Below, piece by piece: positions 24,112-33,872 of a stretch of DNA of 64,000 nt. The first letter of the stretch is position 1. Each line of letters starts with the position of its first letter. Both the position numbers and the translations under genes were made by a program. The stretch comes from Candidatus Binatia bacterium (GTDB lineage Bacteria > Desulfobacterota > Binatia > UBA9968 > CAXXLF01). The DNA is taken from assembly GCA_963664015.2 (NCBI GenBank), contig CAXXLF010000002.1, forward strand, positions 128,001-192,000, given 5' to 3'. The notes beneath the pieces were generated by a model. The model worked only from the letters and a program-made list of their open reading frames with translations, was not told the DNA's origin and made no database searches.

Positions 24112-24966
24112 TCAAGTCAATAAGCGCACCAAGTAAGACTGGATGGGATCTTTCGTCCGTAATCGACGGAGGGCCATTCTCGCCCCTTCTTCCGCTGCAA
24201 AAATCCCAAAAATCGATGAACCGCTGCCCGACATGAGAGCTCCTATTGCGCCTTCCTGGATCAACGTCTGCTTGAGTGAAGCGATCCGGGGGTGGCGGGC
24301 AATCGTGACGCCTTCCAGGTCATTTACTAGTAAGCGCACCAGCTGGTCGGAGTGGCTCAATGGAAGGATTAACTTAGTATTCTTAATGGGTTTTGTCAAC
24401 TCAAAGTTGAGGTGGTTGTAGACCCATTGGGTCGAGACTGGGAACCCAGGATACACGATGACCAACCATAGCCGTGGCAGATTCGAAACCGAACGGATTC
24501 TATCCCCTACCCCGCGAACAATGGCAGGGCCCCCGTGAATGAAGAATGGGATATCGGCTCCGATGGAGGCCCCCAACTTTGCCATGACTGGTATGGACCA
24601 TTCCAACCGTAGGAGGCGATTCAGGCCTACCAACGTGGCCGCGGCGTCAGTGCTTCCGCTACCGAGTCCGGATCCCAGCGGGATCTTCTTCTTGATGTGG
24701 ATATGGATTGGCGTGAAGAGGTTTGCCCGTTGGAGAAGAATTTCCGCCGCTCGGTAAACCAGATTCTTCCTCCCCGTGGGGACACTTGCATCATCGCATG
24801 TAACCTCAATTGGGTCGCTACCCTTGGGGGATCGGGTGATCCGGAGTTCGTCATACAGGCTGACGGGTGCCATGAGGCTATCGAGGAGGTGGTAACCGTC
24901 GGCCCGTTTACCCACTATCCTGAGATACAGGTTGACCTTTGCCGGTGCCAGGATCTTCATCGTCAT
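24112..24966 (-). CDS. ispE: 4-diphosphocytidyl-2-C-methyl-D-erythritol kinase
   Basis: APAKVNLYL..GKRADGYH, KKIPLGSGLGSGSTDAA, GADIPFF, NDLE and MSGSGS motifs. Confidence 0.97.
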   Translation of the reverse strand: MTMKILAPAKVNLYLRIVGKRADGYHLLDSLMAPVSLYDELRITRSPKGSDPIEVTCDDASVPTGRKNLVYRAAEILLQRANLFTPIHIHIKKKIPLGSGLGSGSTDAAATLVGLNRLLRLEWSIPVMAKLGASIGADIPFFIHGGPAIVRGVGDRIRSVSNLPRLWLVIVYPGFPVSTQWVYNHLNFELTKPIKNTKLILPLSHSDQLVRLLVNDLEGVTIARHPRIASLKQTLIQEGAIGALMSGSGSSIFGIFAAEEGARMALRRLRTKDPIQSYLVRLLT

Positions 24967-25279
24967 CCTAGCTAACACAGGCTAACGGATGATACCAGAT
25001 GCAGGACCGGAGGGGGGGGTGGCGCCAACTGGCATCGCAGTCTAGTCTAGACGGTCGGTAAAAGGTGTAACCCTGGACCCAGAAGAGACCTATACCTATA
25101 ATTGGTACCCCGGGTGGTGTTGGGAATGAGCCCTTCCAGGTGGCTAGTGTGAGGAGTAATTCTTAGGGGCGATATTTGGACGCTTTGCCGGTTGATTGGC
25201 AGGGTTTTACCCATCATTCCTTAAAGTCCGAAGTTGCTCAATTTGATTGGTCTCACTCTCGACCTGAAACAACTCGAAT

Positions 25280-25699
25280 CTAGCGTTTTTGAACGATGTC
25301 TTCTCCACTGAAGCGTTTGATCAGGTCAATGCGGATCAGTACTCCAAATCCTGTTCGCTCAGGATCCTTGTCCAGTTCGTCCTGGATCGTACCATCCATA
25401 ATCTTCTGGCGAATCTCTCCTTGCTTGTATAGCGTCGCTTGACCATAAAAACGCCATCCCACCCGGCGCCCTCGGTCGACATAAAGAACACACACGTTAG
25501 GGTTTTCCTGCATGTGACGCAATCCGAACTGGTGTGAACGTTCCCAAAAGGCAAGGTGATCACCGTTCCAGACAAACATGCTACCGCGATAACCAATACT
25601 GGATACTCCTTCTTTTGAAGCCGTTGCCAACAGGCACTCCTTGTTCTCCTCAAAGGACATGCCCAACCGCTCCTTCATTTCTTCAGTAATTTGTATCAT
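25280..25699 (-). CDS. Pyridoxamine 5'-phosphate oxidase-like FMN-binding protein
   Basis: LLATASKEG..I.YRGS, LAFWER, ENPNVCVLY and WRFYGQA split-barrel pattern; GGAG SD before ATG 25699. Confidence 0.75.
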   Translation of the reverse strand: MIQITEEMKERLGMSFEENKECLLATASKEGVSSIGYRGSMFVWNGDHLAFWERSHQFGLRHMQENPNVCVLYVDRGRRVGWRFYGQATLYKQGEIRQKIMDGTIQDELDKDPERTGFGVLIRIDLIKRFSGEDIVQKR

Positions 25700-25863
25700 A
25701 AAGTTCACATGCTCCTGTCGGTTTGTGAATCTAAGGTGATGATGAGTCTTGGGGGTCCTTTTCTTTTGCACTGGCACCACCCCCTCTGTCAAGCATGGAC
25801 ACAGCCGGTTATCTTGACACCCCATCAGGCTACGTGGTAATCGGCACCTCGTTAGAGTTTTCC

Positions 25864-26731
25864 ATGAGACATTTAAAACTAGCCTACAGAGACAACAATC
25901 GAACTCCGGTCATCTTCTGTATTCATGAAATGGTAAAAAGATTCTATGATCTTGACGTTGAGGTCGTGCAGATTCAGGGGACCAAGGCGTATGAGGCGGC
26001 GCTCTTCGACGGTTCCTGCGACGTCATCATCGAACATTTGGAGTATCTGTTTGCCGGCGCCAACGATAGACTGCCGGTGACTCTGTTCTGCGCCCCCAGT
26101 ATCAGCCGCGGCCTGGAATTGGTCGTGGACCCTCGAGTCCGCCATTTGGAAGAATGGAATGGGAAAACCATGGCCGTTCGGTCCTCCGGGGGGCCCCATG
26201 CGGTTACCTTATGGATCAAAAAGATGGGCCTTGAATCCACCGTGCGAACCGTCATCGTCAAGGATAGCGAAGTGGGGCGATGGGGACAGTGGAAAAAGGT
26301 CGTGAGCGGGGCTAAAGGTGCGCGACGTGCAGGATATCGAAGTAGTCGGGCATTTTGCCCAGGCCTGTCTCTCCAGGTTGCCCAACAGTAACCCGGATCT
26401 GTTCCTGGTTTATCTGAGATCGGTCATTCACGCCATCTGCATGATGAAGTTTCAAAGGGACGAAGCATTGAAGATTGTCTCGGGAGAACCCATGAGGCGA
26501 ATGAAGGTTGAAGATCCCGGTGAATTGGAGCGGCAGTTCGACTCTGTGACAAAGGGGCTCCAAGCCAAGCCTTACCCTACCCCGCCGGCGCTTTTCAATT
26601 CGGACGAGATTGCAGCCACCGAGTATGGGTCCAAGGAGGTAAATCCCTTGACCTTCTGGGACCTCCATTGGGTGAAGAAACTCGACGATGAAGGCTTCAT
26701 CGATAGCCTGATCGATCAGCTTCGATCCTGA
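25864..26731 (+). pseudogene. ABC-type (NMT1/SsuA-like) substrate-binding protein, frameshifted by an internal deletion near 26310
   Basis: Two overlapping ORFs in different frames form one SBP-like protein (GKTMAVR...; C-terminal WVKKLDDEGFIDSL). Confidence 0.65.
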
Positions 26732-26767
26732 GGAATACACTTTACATCGCTCATCCAGTTTATCCGT

Positions 26768-28582
26768 TTATCCAGGGGGCCGTTCCTGTGCCCCATCTCT
26801 GGATTCTACCAGCCTCCCACCAGCGAACACCAAAGTTAGGATCATCAAGACACCCGTAATAAGCACCATGACGGTGGCTGCCGCTGAAGCGACACTTAAA
26901 TCACCATCGCGCCATAGCATCCAAACTGACGCCGCAAGCACCAGGTTCTTGGTCTCGGTCAAGAATAACGCCATGCTCACCTCTCGGAACGTGAGCATGG
27001 CGGTCCACAGTCCAGCGAATATCAACGATGGTTTGATGAGCGGCGCAATGATCCGCCACATGACCGAGACATTCGAAGCGCCACACACTCTGGCGCACTC
27101 TTCCAACTCGGGCGTCACCTGGAGCAGGGCCGCATTGGTGATTCGGGTGCCATAGGCCAATCGGTTGAGGGAGTTGGCGATAATGATAATCATCACCGTG
27201 CCCCGCAGTGGAAGCCAGGGCAGCCATCTCGATGCAACGAGCCCCAAGATGAATAATGCGAAAGCGAAGGCGAGGCCAGGAATCGCGTGGGGAAGCATGG
27301 CTATGGTGTCCATCGTCTGACGCATACGCAACCGGGTCCGCACCACGACCCAAGAGGTCATAAAGCTGAAGAACAAGACTAGAACAGGTACGGTAACCAT
27401 CAAGAGAATCGTATTACGAATCACCTTGGGGCCGCCCATGATGGTATAGAGATCGTCATAATTTGCGAAGTTGAGTTTCGAAAGGGCCTCGATGGAAGGC
27501 ATTTGAACGTAAGGCAAAAGCGAGGTCCATACGATCACGAGTATGGGTAATACAACGGCGAGCAACAGGTAAAACAGCACGAAGGCGACACCCCAATATT
27601 TATAGCGCCCTAATTCCACATTCCGTGGCCGGTATCCTTTCCCGGTGATGACACCGTAGCGATGGGTCTTGGCCAGGATCCGGTGATAGAAGTGTAGCGC
27701 CAGTAAACTCGGAGCAGCGATCAGCACTCCATAGACTCCCGCAGCCCCGTAGGGGATCTCGGAGGCCGCCGAGTCAGGGGTTGTCGGATGGACAGTGTAG
27801 AAGAGTTCGCTGGCAAGCACAGGCGCCCTCCCGCTAGCTCCTCCTAGCATGGCGGGAATTTCAAAGATCGAGATAGCCGTCATGAAATTGTATATGGCGC
27901 CCCCCAATATAGCGGGCCATACCAGGGGCAGGCTCACTCGCACAAAGGTCCACCACCGGTTAACACCTGAAACCCCGGCGGCTTCTTCTAAGGTCGGATC
28001 CAGTGCACGCATGGGACCCGAGATGAGAAAGAACATGGAAGGGGTTAAAGCTAGGCCCATAACCCAGGCCATGCCGTAGGGATTATTCAAGTTTATGGGG
28101 ATACTCTCCAGGCCCAGGAGGGCGGCCAGTCCCTTGTTAATCAATCCAATCTTTTCATTGACCAGGATAATCCATCCCATGGCTTTGACAAAGCCAGGGA
28201 TGACGACCACGGTGGCAATCATTGCCATGAAGACGTTACGAAACGGTAGGGTTGTTCGATTGAGTAACCAGGCCAGGGGTCCAGCGAAGAAGATGGTGAC
28301 CAGAACGGTACCCACACCGACAATGAGAGTGTTGGGAATGACTTCGAGCGCCAGGTAGGAATCACTCAACAGGGCCCAATGGCTCAGGGTTAGCCCTGGT
28401 TCTATTGGCAGCCCCGGGACGAAAGTCATGTAGAGGACGAAAAAGGTGAGCGCCAACACTGAGGCAAGCGCCATCCAAGACAAACTCACAGGGAGGATTT
28501 GTGGGCCGAGGAACCGCTTTATCCGGTCCCCGGCCCTTCTATACCTATCCTGCTTATTGAACACCCCTACGACCTCGTTCAC
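26768..28582 (-). CDS. ABC transporter permease (FbpB/iron-thiamine type, duplicated TM domain)
   Basis: Two EAA loops (LEEAAGVSG, LEECARVCGA) and ~12 TM segments; start uncertain. Confidence 0.92.
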   Translation of the reverse strand: MNEVVGVFNKQDRYRRAGDRIKRFLGPQILPVSLSWMALASVLALTFFVLYMTFVPGLPIEPGLTLSHWALLSDSYLALEVIPNTLIVGVGTVLVTIFFAGPLAWLLNRTTLPFRNVFMAMIATVVVIPGFVKAMGWIILVNEKIGLINKGLAALLGLESIPINLNNPYGMAWVMGLALTPSMFFLISGPMRALDPTLEEAAGVSGVNRWWTFVRVSLPLVWPAILGGAIYNFMTAISIFEIPAMLGGASGRAPVLASELFYTVHPTTPDSAASEIPYGAAGVYGVLIAAPSLLALHFYHRILAKTHRYGVITGKGYRPRNVELGRYKYWGVAFVLFYLLLAVVLPILVIVWTSLLPYVQMPSIEALSKLNFANYDDLYTIMGGPKVIRNTILLMVTVPVLVLFFSFMTSWVVVRTRLRMRQTMDTIAMLPHAIPGLAFAFALFILGLVASRWLPWLPLRGTVMIIIIANSLNRLAYGTRITNAALLQVTPELEECARVCGASNVSVMWRIIAPLIKPSLIFAGLWTAMLTFREVSMALFLTETKNLVLAASVWMLWRDGDLSVASAAATVMVLITGVLMILTLVFAGGRLVESRDGAQERPPG

Positions 28583-28670
28583 AGTCTTCCCTTATCCGTG
28601 AAGAGGCACTTGCTTACATTGGGCGAGCTAAGTGGATTTATTCGTTCCCGCATTCGAAAGGGAGTTTTCG

Positions 28671-29834
28671 CTAACGCTTGCCCTTCTTCTTTTTCCTACG
28701 TTGCGTCAATCCCTTTTTGAGTTCGGCGCGGTAGGCGCGTCCTTCATCGGTGCCAAACCATTTAAATCTTTGAATTGTCGCGGGGCTGTCATACCAAGTA
28801 ATGATCTTGCTACCACTCGCTTTCAAGCTTTTCCTGGCTTCTTTGTCGACGGCACTCTGCCCAAAGATGGCATTGGCTTGGGAGTTCGTCGGCTGCCATA
28901 TGGCCTGGGCCTCCGGGGTTGTCATCCATAGGGACCAGAGCGTAGCCGCGGCAGGATGCCGGACGTTCTTCGGAACGAGATGGAGTACCTTGGTCAGTGG
29001 CGTAAAATCCGTAAACCACCTCTGACCTAAGGGGACCGTGGGGTCCTTAGCCTTGCGTTGCCAGTAATAATAAGAATTCGTTGGTTGGAAGGCGAACTCG
29101 CCCAGTAGCATGCGGTCCATACCAGCTCCGTAACGGAGCACGGCGCCCGCGTTTCTTCCCGTTTGATCAGTGATCTTAAGCCATTTTTCTTTGTCGTAAA
29201 CCAGCGTCGCGACTTCCCACATGGAGGTCCAAGGGGGCACGGCAAACATTCCTTTAAATTTGGGATTGGCCAGGTCGGCGACGCTTTTTGGGAGCTCATC
29301 GGGAGTAATGAGTTTGGTGTTGTATATAAACGAACGGGTTCGGGTGCTCCACAGAAAGCTATAACCGCTGAATGGTGAGGGGCTCACGTCCTTCGGATTC
29401 ACTTGTCCGGAACCCACTAGCGGGTTGATTTCGGCCAATAGGAGCTTCCAGTTGGCGATGGGGGTCGAGAAACCAGCTTCCTTCATCTTCATATGCTCCT
29501 GACCTGTGCCGGTCAGGGCATCAAAGGTGGGTGTGCCACCGCTCTTGAGGGTGGCGTGAAGCTTGACGAACTTGGGAGACATGCTTCCGCGTGCAAGATT
29601 GATCTCCAAATTGTCAAGTCCGAAGCGCTTTTTAAAGGCGCTTGTCAAACGGGCCTGGGCCTTCACAATGCCCGACGTAATTGCCGAATCCAGGACTCCT
29701 TCTTTCTTCGCCTGACCAATCAGGTCGGCCAGGGCCTTTTTCCCCTCGGGACTTGCCCACGAGTAGGTCCCGACAACGCCTGATCCCAGGATAAATACAG
29801 CAGCCAAAAGGAAACTTTTTGTGAAATTACCCAT
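28671..29834 (-). CDS. ABC transporter extracellular solute-binding protein
   Basis: Signal peptide; AKKEG.L, YNTKL..P.ELPKS..DL.NPKFKG and HPAAA.LW motifs; GGAGGT SD before ATG 29834. Confidence 0.9.
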   Translation of the reverse strand: MGNFTKSFLLAAVFILGSGVVGTYSWASPEGKKALADLIGQAKKEGVLDSAITSGIVKAQARLTSAFKKRFGLDNLEINLARGSMSPKFVKLHATLKSGGTPTFDALTGTGQEHMKMKEAGFSTPIANWKLLLAEINPLVGSGQVNPKDVSPSPFSGYSFLWSTRTRSFIYNTKLITPDELPKSVADLANPKFKGMFAVPPWTSMWEVATLVYDKEKWLKITDQTGRNAGAVLRYGAGMDRMLLGEFAFQPTNSYYYWQRKAKDPTVPLGQRWFTDFTPLTKVLHLVPKNVRHPAAATLWSLWMTTPEAQAIWQPTNSQANAIFGQSAVDKEARKSLKASGSKIITWYDSPATIQRFKWFGTDEGRAYRAELKKGLTQRRKKKKGKR

Positions 29835-29863
29835 GATCCACCTCCTCTGCAAAAGTGGGGCTT

Positions 29864-29892
29864 ATACTATTCGCGTTAACGTAGAGTGTCAA
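29864..29892 (-). promoter_or_regulatory. Sigma70 promoter of the ABC operon
   Basis: TTGACA-N17-TAGTAT. Confidence 0.75.
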
Positions 29893-30036
29893 GGTACGTA
29901 TGAAACTTTCTCTTAAAGGCCGGGAATCTACATGAGGTGAGTTCCTGTGACTATTAGCCAACAATGGGGGTTGGGGTTGTCCATGATCCAAGGCCTTGAT
30001 TGACGTTCACGGGTAAGTCTGGTATCTGCAAATCTA

Positions 30037-30438
30037 ATGAAACTCAAAGATATCTTTTCAAGTTATCTTCTCATGGCGGCACTCATCCTGCTGAGCCTCG
30101 GCATCGGTAACTGGATCTTTGGGGCCATACAAATCACCAAGTATCAAAGGATGTTACAAAGCACGGCTGAACGTGGACGGGAAAACAGCTATCAGAATTT
30201 TCAGGAATTGGATCAACGTAAGAGCGAAGAGGTCCTAAGCCGCATCAATGAGGGCACAGAGCGAAGCAATACGGCCCGGGTCAAGGTGGATTTTTATTAT
30301 GTTGTGCTGGCCGGTGGGCGGTTACTCTTTTTTCTGGGCCTTTTCTTGACCTTCCTGGCCCTAATCCGACTCATCCGGCAGGATAGTATCAGCAAAATCC
30401 GAAGACTAAATTCTAAACTGCTTAGGAATCATCACTAA
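30037..30438 (+). CDS. Hypothetical 2-TM membrane protein
   Basis: Two hydrophobic segments; TTGACG-N17-TATCTG immediately upstream. Confidence 0.75.
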   Translation: MKLKDIFSSYLLMAALILLSLGIGNWIFGAIQITKYQRMLQSTAERGRENSYQNFQELDQRKSEEVLSRINEGTERSNTARVKVDFYYVVLAGGRLLFFLGLFLTFLALIRLIRQDSISKIRRLNSKLLRNHH

Positions 30439-30478
30439 CAGGTAATAAGATTTAAGCTAGGATCGGAAGAGACGTTCG

Positions 30479-31501
30479 TCATTTTGCCGGTTTGGATTTC
30501 TGATATTTACGGTAATCGTACCCCGTGGCCATGGCAAGTAGAAGCTCTTCCATGCCACCGTCTTTTTCTCTTCTAAGAATTAGCAGGCGATCGAAGAACT
30601 CCTTGAAGTCCTTGTAGTTTCGTTGGGTATCGTCCGTCTTTCGTAGGAAGAAGTCTTTGATTCGAGTTACGGTAAATCTGAGCGCTGAAAAGCGAAGTTC
30701 GTTGGGGAAAGAGTCCCACTCGGGCAATGACAGCGGGCGCAGGCTTTCATAGCCCGAGATCAAGGCCTCGAAACGTTCGATTCGGTAGCGACCGTCCACG
30801 TAACATAGCGCATTGACGCCGGTAGCAAGATCATTGATGAGTTTCGCGCGGCATGCAGCCTCAAAGTCCAGAACGCCAACCAACCTGGATCCCTTGAACT
30901 TTACGTTATCAGAAAAAAAATCCCCGTGGATAAGACCCTTCGGGAGGTTATTGTCCAAATAGTTTTCCAAATAAGTAAATTCGTCATCCAATACCCGGAT
31001 AATGTTCTTTAAATGTGTCGGTAAATCCTTTCTAAAGTCTTGATATATATGTGCAATTTTAGCAAAGGGGAAGCGATTATCAATGCCTTTTTTGTAGGCT
31101 CGTCCGATAAGGTGCAGGTTAGCCAGGGTATGTCCTAAGGACTCCAATTGGGGAAAGGTAAGTTCCTCGGCCGATAACTCCTTCGCATCCAAGTAACGTG
31201 TTAAGGAGATCTGCTTCGATTGAATGTCGTGGTAGTGCTTGCCTTTTTTTGTTCGAAGCGGTTGTAGCACAGGAAATCCATGCCGTTTGAGAAACAGCAC
31301 GAGATCGATTTCTTGTTTGACCTCAAGCTCGCTCTTTACCTCGTCAACCTTGAGGAAAAAGCGGCCTTTCTTTGTTTCTAGGAGGTAATGGGTGTTAACC
31401 GATCCGTTCCGGACACCGGAATATGAAACAATATCCCCAAGTCCGAATTCATCAGCAATCAGTGAGCATTCCTTCTTGCTCAGACGGGTATAAATTGCCA
31501 T
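30479..31501 (-). CDS. thrB: Homoserine kinase type II (APH/kinase fold)
   Basis: MAIYT.L, G.VNTHY, LPKGLIHGDFF.DNV.F, LDFE and ALRF..TR motifs. Confidence 0.88.
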   Translation of the reverse strand: MAIYTRLSKKECSLIADEFGLGDIVSYSGVRNGSVNTHYLLETKKGRFFLKVDEVKSELEVKQEIDLVLFLKRHGFPVLQPLRTKKGKHYHDIQSKQISLTRYLDAKELSAEELTFPQLESLGHTLANLHLIGRAYKKGIDNRFPFAKIAHIYQDFRKDLPTHLKNIIRVLDDEFTYLENYLDNNLPKGLIHGDFFSDNVKFKGSRLVGVLDFEAACRAKLINDLATGVNALCYVDGRYRIERFEALISGYESLRPLSLPEWDSFPNELRFSALRFTVTRIKDFFLRKTDDTQRNYKDFKEFFDRLLILRREKDGGMEELLLAMATGYDYRKYQKSKPAK

Positions 31502-31558
31502 TTCCGAGGTCTATGGTTGCACCATCGGCCCTTTATTGTGGATAATCATTCCTTTGTA

Positions 31559-31587
31559 AAATTAATATATTCCGAAAGGTTTGTCAA
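31559..31587 (-). promoter_or_regulatory. Sigma70 promoter of thrB
   Basis: TTGACA-N17-TAATTT in an AT-rich spacer. Confidence 0.55.
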
Positions 31588-31682
31588 TATAAAATTCCTT
31601 TCTATCTTGAGACCTTATGCCAATTTCATGAATTAATCTTTGATATCGCAGAGTTTACCATCAGTGACCGGTTGCCTAGATT

Positions 31683-32141
31683 TTAGGCAAAATAATATTT
31701 TTTGAGTTCTGCTACGCTTTCAACCCGATGTACCCCTTCAATTTCTTGCCAGGCCTTGAGCCCCACTACTTTTTTGCCCAGTAGGAGGGCTGCGGAAACC
31801 TCCGAACGGGTCCCGTGGGAGCCCGAGAGAGCTACCACGATATCACCAGAGGCTGCCACGAGAAAGTTTCTCGCATGCCCGAGGCCAGTAGGAATCGTGA
31901 TGTCGATGAACGGGTTGGCTTTTTCCTTTTTATAGTTTGATAGGATACCAACGGTAAGGCCCCCTCTTTCCTTTGCACCACGGGCTGCCGCTTCCATGAC
32001 ACCACCAAAGCCGCCGCAGATCAATACCGCCCCTTGTTCGGCAATGGCCTTACCAACGGATTCGGCAAGAGCAAGGGTGGACCTATCTGCATCGGTTCCG
32101 CCTACCACAGAGATCTGAAGAAACTTGTTTTTTTGCGCCAT
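31683..32141 (-). CDS. TIGR00725/LOG-family Rossmann protein
   Basis: ICGG.GGVMEAA.RGA...GG.TVGIL, TGLGHARN and GSHGTRSE motifs. Confidence 0.92.
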   Translation of the reverse strand: MAQKNKFLQISVVGGTDADRSTLALAESVGKAIAEQGAVLICGGFGGVMEAAARGAKERGGLTVGILSNYKKEKANPFIDITIPTGLGHARNFLVAASGDIVVALSGSHGTRSEVSAALLLGKKVVGLKAWQEIEGVHRVESVAELKKYYFA

Positions 32142-32175
32142 AGAAGCCCCTCATCAATAAGAGTATTTTGATCGG

Positions 32176-32203
32176 TTGACTTTTCCCCCCAGCAATCTAT
32201 TCT
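32176..32203 (+). promoter_or_regulatory. Sigma70 promoter of nuoB
   Basis: TTGACT-N16-TATTCT about 10 nt before the start codon. Confidence 0.55.
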
Positions 32204-32212
32204 ATAGAGACT

Positions 32213-32725
32213 TTGATGGAATCCCCACAACAAAAACTAGCATCTAATTATGGCGAAGAGAAACTTCTCGCCGATGGGGTGGTGCTTACCCGCTTGGACA
32301 AGGCTGTTGGCTGGGCGAGAAAGTATTCCATATTCCCATATCCTTTTGCCACGGCCTGTTGCGCAATGGAATTCATGTCTCTGACCATGGCTCCTTATGA
32401 TATCGATCGATTTGGTGCCCTACTCCCTCGTTTCAGCCCACGCCAGGCCGATCTTCTTATGGTTATTGGAACTGTAAACCATAAGCTGTCACCTGTCCTC
32501 AAGCGAATCTATGAACAGATGGGGGACCCCAAGTGGGTCATGGCATTCGGAGCTTGTGCTGCAAGTGGTGGTTTTTATGATAATTATGCCACGGTACAGG
32601 GCATTGACCGCATTATTCCCGTGGATGTTTACGTCCCCGGCTGTCCCCCTCGCCCGGAAGCGGTTCTCGATGGGCTCATGGAACTTCAAGGCAGGATTGC
32701 CCGGCAGAAACATCCACTGAGATAG
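32213..32725 (+). CDS. nuoB: NADH-quinone oxidoreductase subunit B (stand-alone)
   Basis: TACCAME, SPRQADL, PKWVMAFGACA.SGG and VDVYVPGCPPRPE motifs. Confidence 0.96.
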   Translation: MMESPQQKLASNYGEEKLLADGVVLTRLDKAVGWARKYSIFPYPFATACCAMEFMSLTMAPYDIDRFGALLPRFSPRQADLLMVIGTVNHKLSPVLKRIYEQMGDPKWVMAFGACAASGGFYDNYATVQGIDRIIPVDVYVPGCPPRPEAVLDGLMELQGRIARQKHPLR

Positions 32726-32741
32726 AAAAGTCCAGCCGTAA

Positions 32742-33068
32742 ATGGCAAGCTCCGATGAAGGTGAAGCGCTCCAGGATATTCTGGGTAATATGGACCTGTT
32801 CTACCACGGCGTCATTGTAAAGCTGTTTCCTAGAAACAACCTGGGAATTGTCCGTACCGCAAGCGGTCGTGAGATAGCCTTCGCGTACAATTTGGTCATT
32901 GTTCTGAGTGATTCTCAGGATCCCAATGATCTGAAACAAGGACAAAAGGTTGGGTACGACCTGGGCTGGACGTCCAGCGGACTCAGGGTGACAAAGATCA
33001 AGGTCTACCCGGAACCCGGCGCTGAAGAGAAACCACCGAATCTAGAGGGGCAAGGTAGTCAAGGATAA
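32742..33068 (+). CDS. Hypothetical protein, cold-shock/OB-fold-like
   Basis: G.IVKLFP..NLGIVRT.SG.EI.F...LKQGQKVGY pattern. Confidence 0.7.
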   Translation: MASSDEGEALQDILGNMDLFYHGVIVKLFPRNNLGIVRTASGREIAFAYNLVIVLSDSQDPNDLKQGQKVGYDLGWTSSGLRVTKIKVYPEPGAEEKPPNLEGQGSQG

Positions 33069-33872
33069 GAGCTGCCTCCCCAATATCTCGCCGACTACGA
33101 CTCCCAACAAGGCAATATAAAAGAGACCGGTAGCCGCCATGGTGTTGGGTATCTTTAACGTCTGCCAAATCATATAGGATAGGATGAGTGGCCCCACCTG
33201 GGAGACACACAGCCTCGCAGCAAGCAAGAAGAAGTGGTCGTTCCACAATTTTTCGACTCCTTCGACCGCCTGCGGCGCCCCCAAGAAATAGAGTACTGCT
33301 GGTGCAAAGACCAGGAATGAAGTGTGGATAATGAGCACCACCACAAAAAACCTGAATACACGGAGAAAGGGATCCAAGCTTTGGCCGGCATCGATCAGAT
33401 ACCAATGACCTATCAGCATACCTACCGTGACAGCCCCAAGGAGGAGCGATGAGAGCAGAAAACTGAAGGGGTATAGAACAGTCTCGATAGATCCAATGGG
33501 CGCATCATGAAAACCGAAGGACGTGAGAACCAGGCCCGCAAGTCCAAGAAGTAACGCCGTTGAAAAGGCCCTGGCCCGAATCCACACGCGCTCCCCCCAC
33601 AAGGACACGAAATATATCAGAATGAGTACGACAAACAGGATGAAAATCGATAGATCGATCGTGGCCATCAAGCCATCGCCCGGCAGGTAGGACTTCAGAT
33701 AGAGGTCCACCTTGCCCCATAGGGCGAGGAGAGCCATGACCACGAGAACCCCGGTTGTTGATTTATAAAACCCTCGCTCCAAATCCTGGAATGGCGTTAC
33801 GGCCAATGCAAACAGCCCTCCCAAGGAGACTTGCTGTAAAAGAAAGAGAAAGCTAACTGGGTAGGTTTTCAT
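33042..33872 (-). CDS. Conserved 8-TM membrane protein of unknown function (GHWYL motif)
   Basis: Hydrophobic profile, MLIGHWYL and NTMAATGLFY motifs; ATGA overlap with the ubiE stop. Confidence 0.85.
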   Translation of the reverse strand: MKTYPVSFLFLLQQVSLGGLFALAVTPFQDLERGFYKSTTGVLVVMALLALWGKVDLYLKSYLPGDGLMATIDLSIFILFVVLILIYFVSLWGERVWIRARAFSTALLLGLAGLVLTSFGFHDAPIGSIETVLYPFSFLLSSLLLGAVTVGMLIGHWYLIDAGQSLDPFLRVFRFFVVVLIIHTSFLVFAPAVLYFLGAPQAVEGVEKLWNDHFFLLAARLCVSQVGPLILSYMIWQTLKIPNTMAATGLFYIALLGVVVGEILGRQLLSLTTLPL

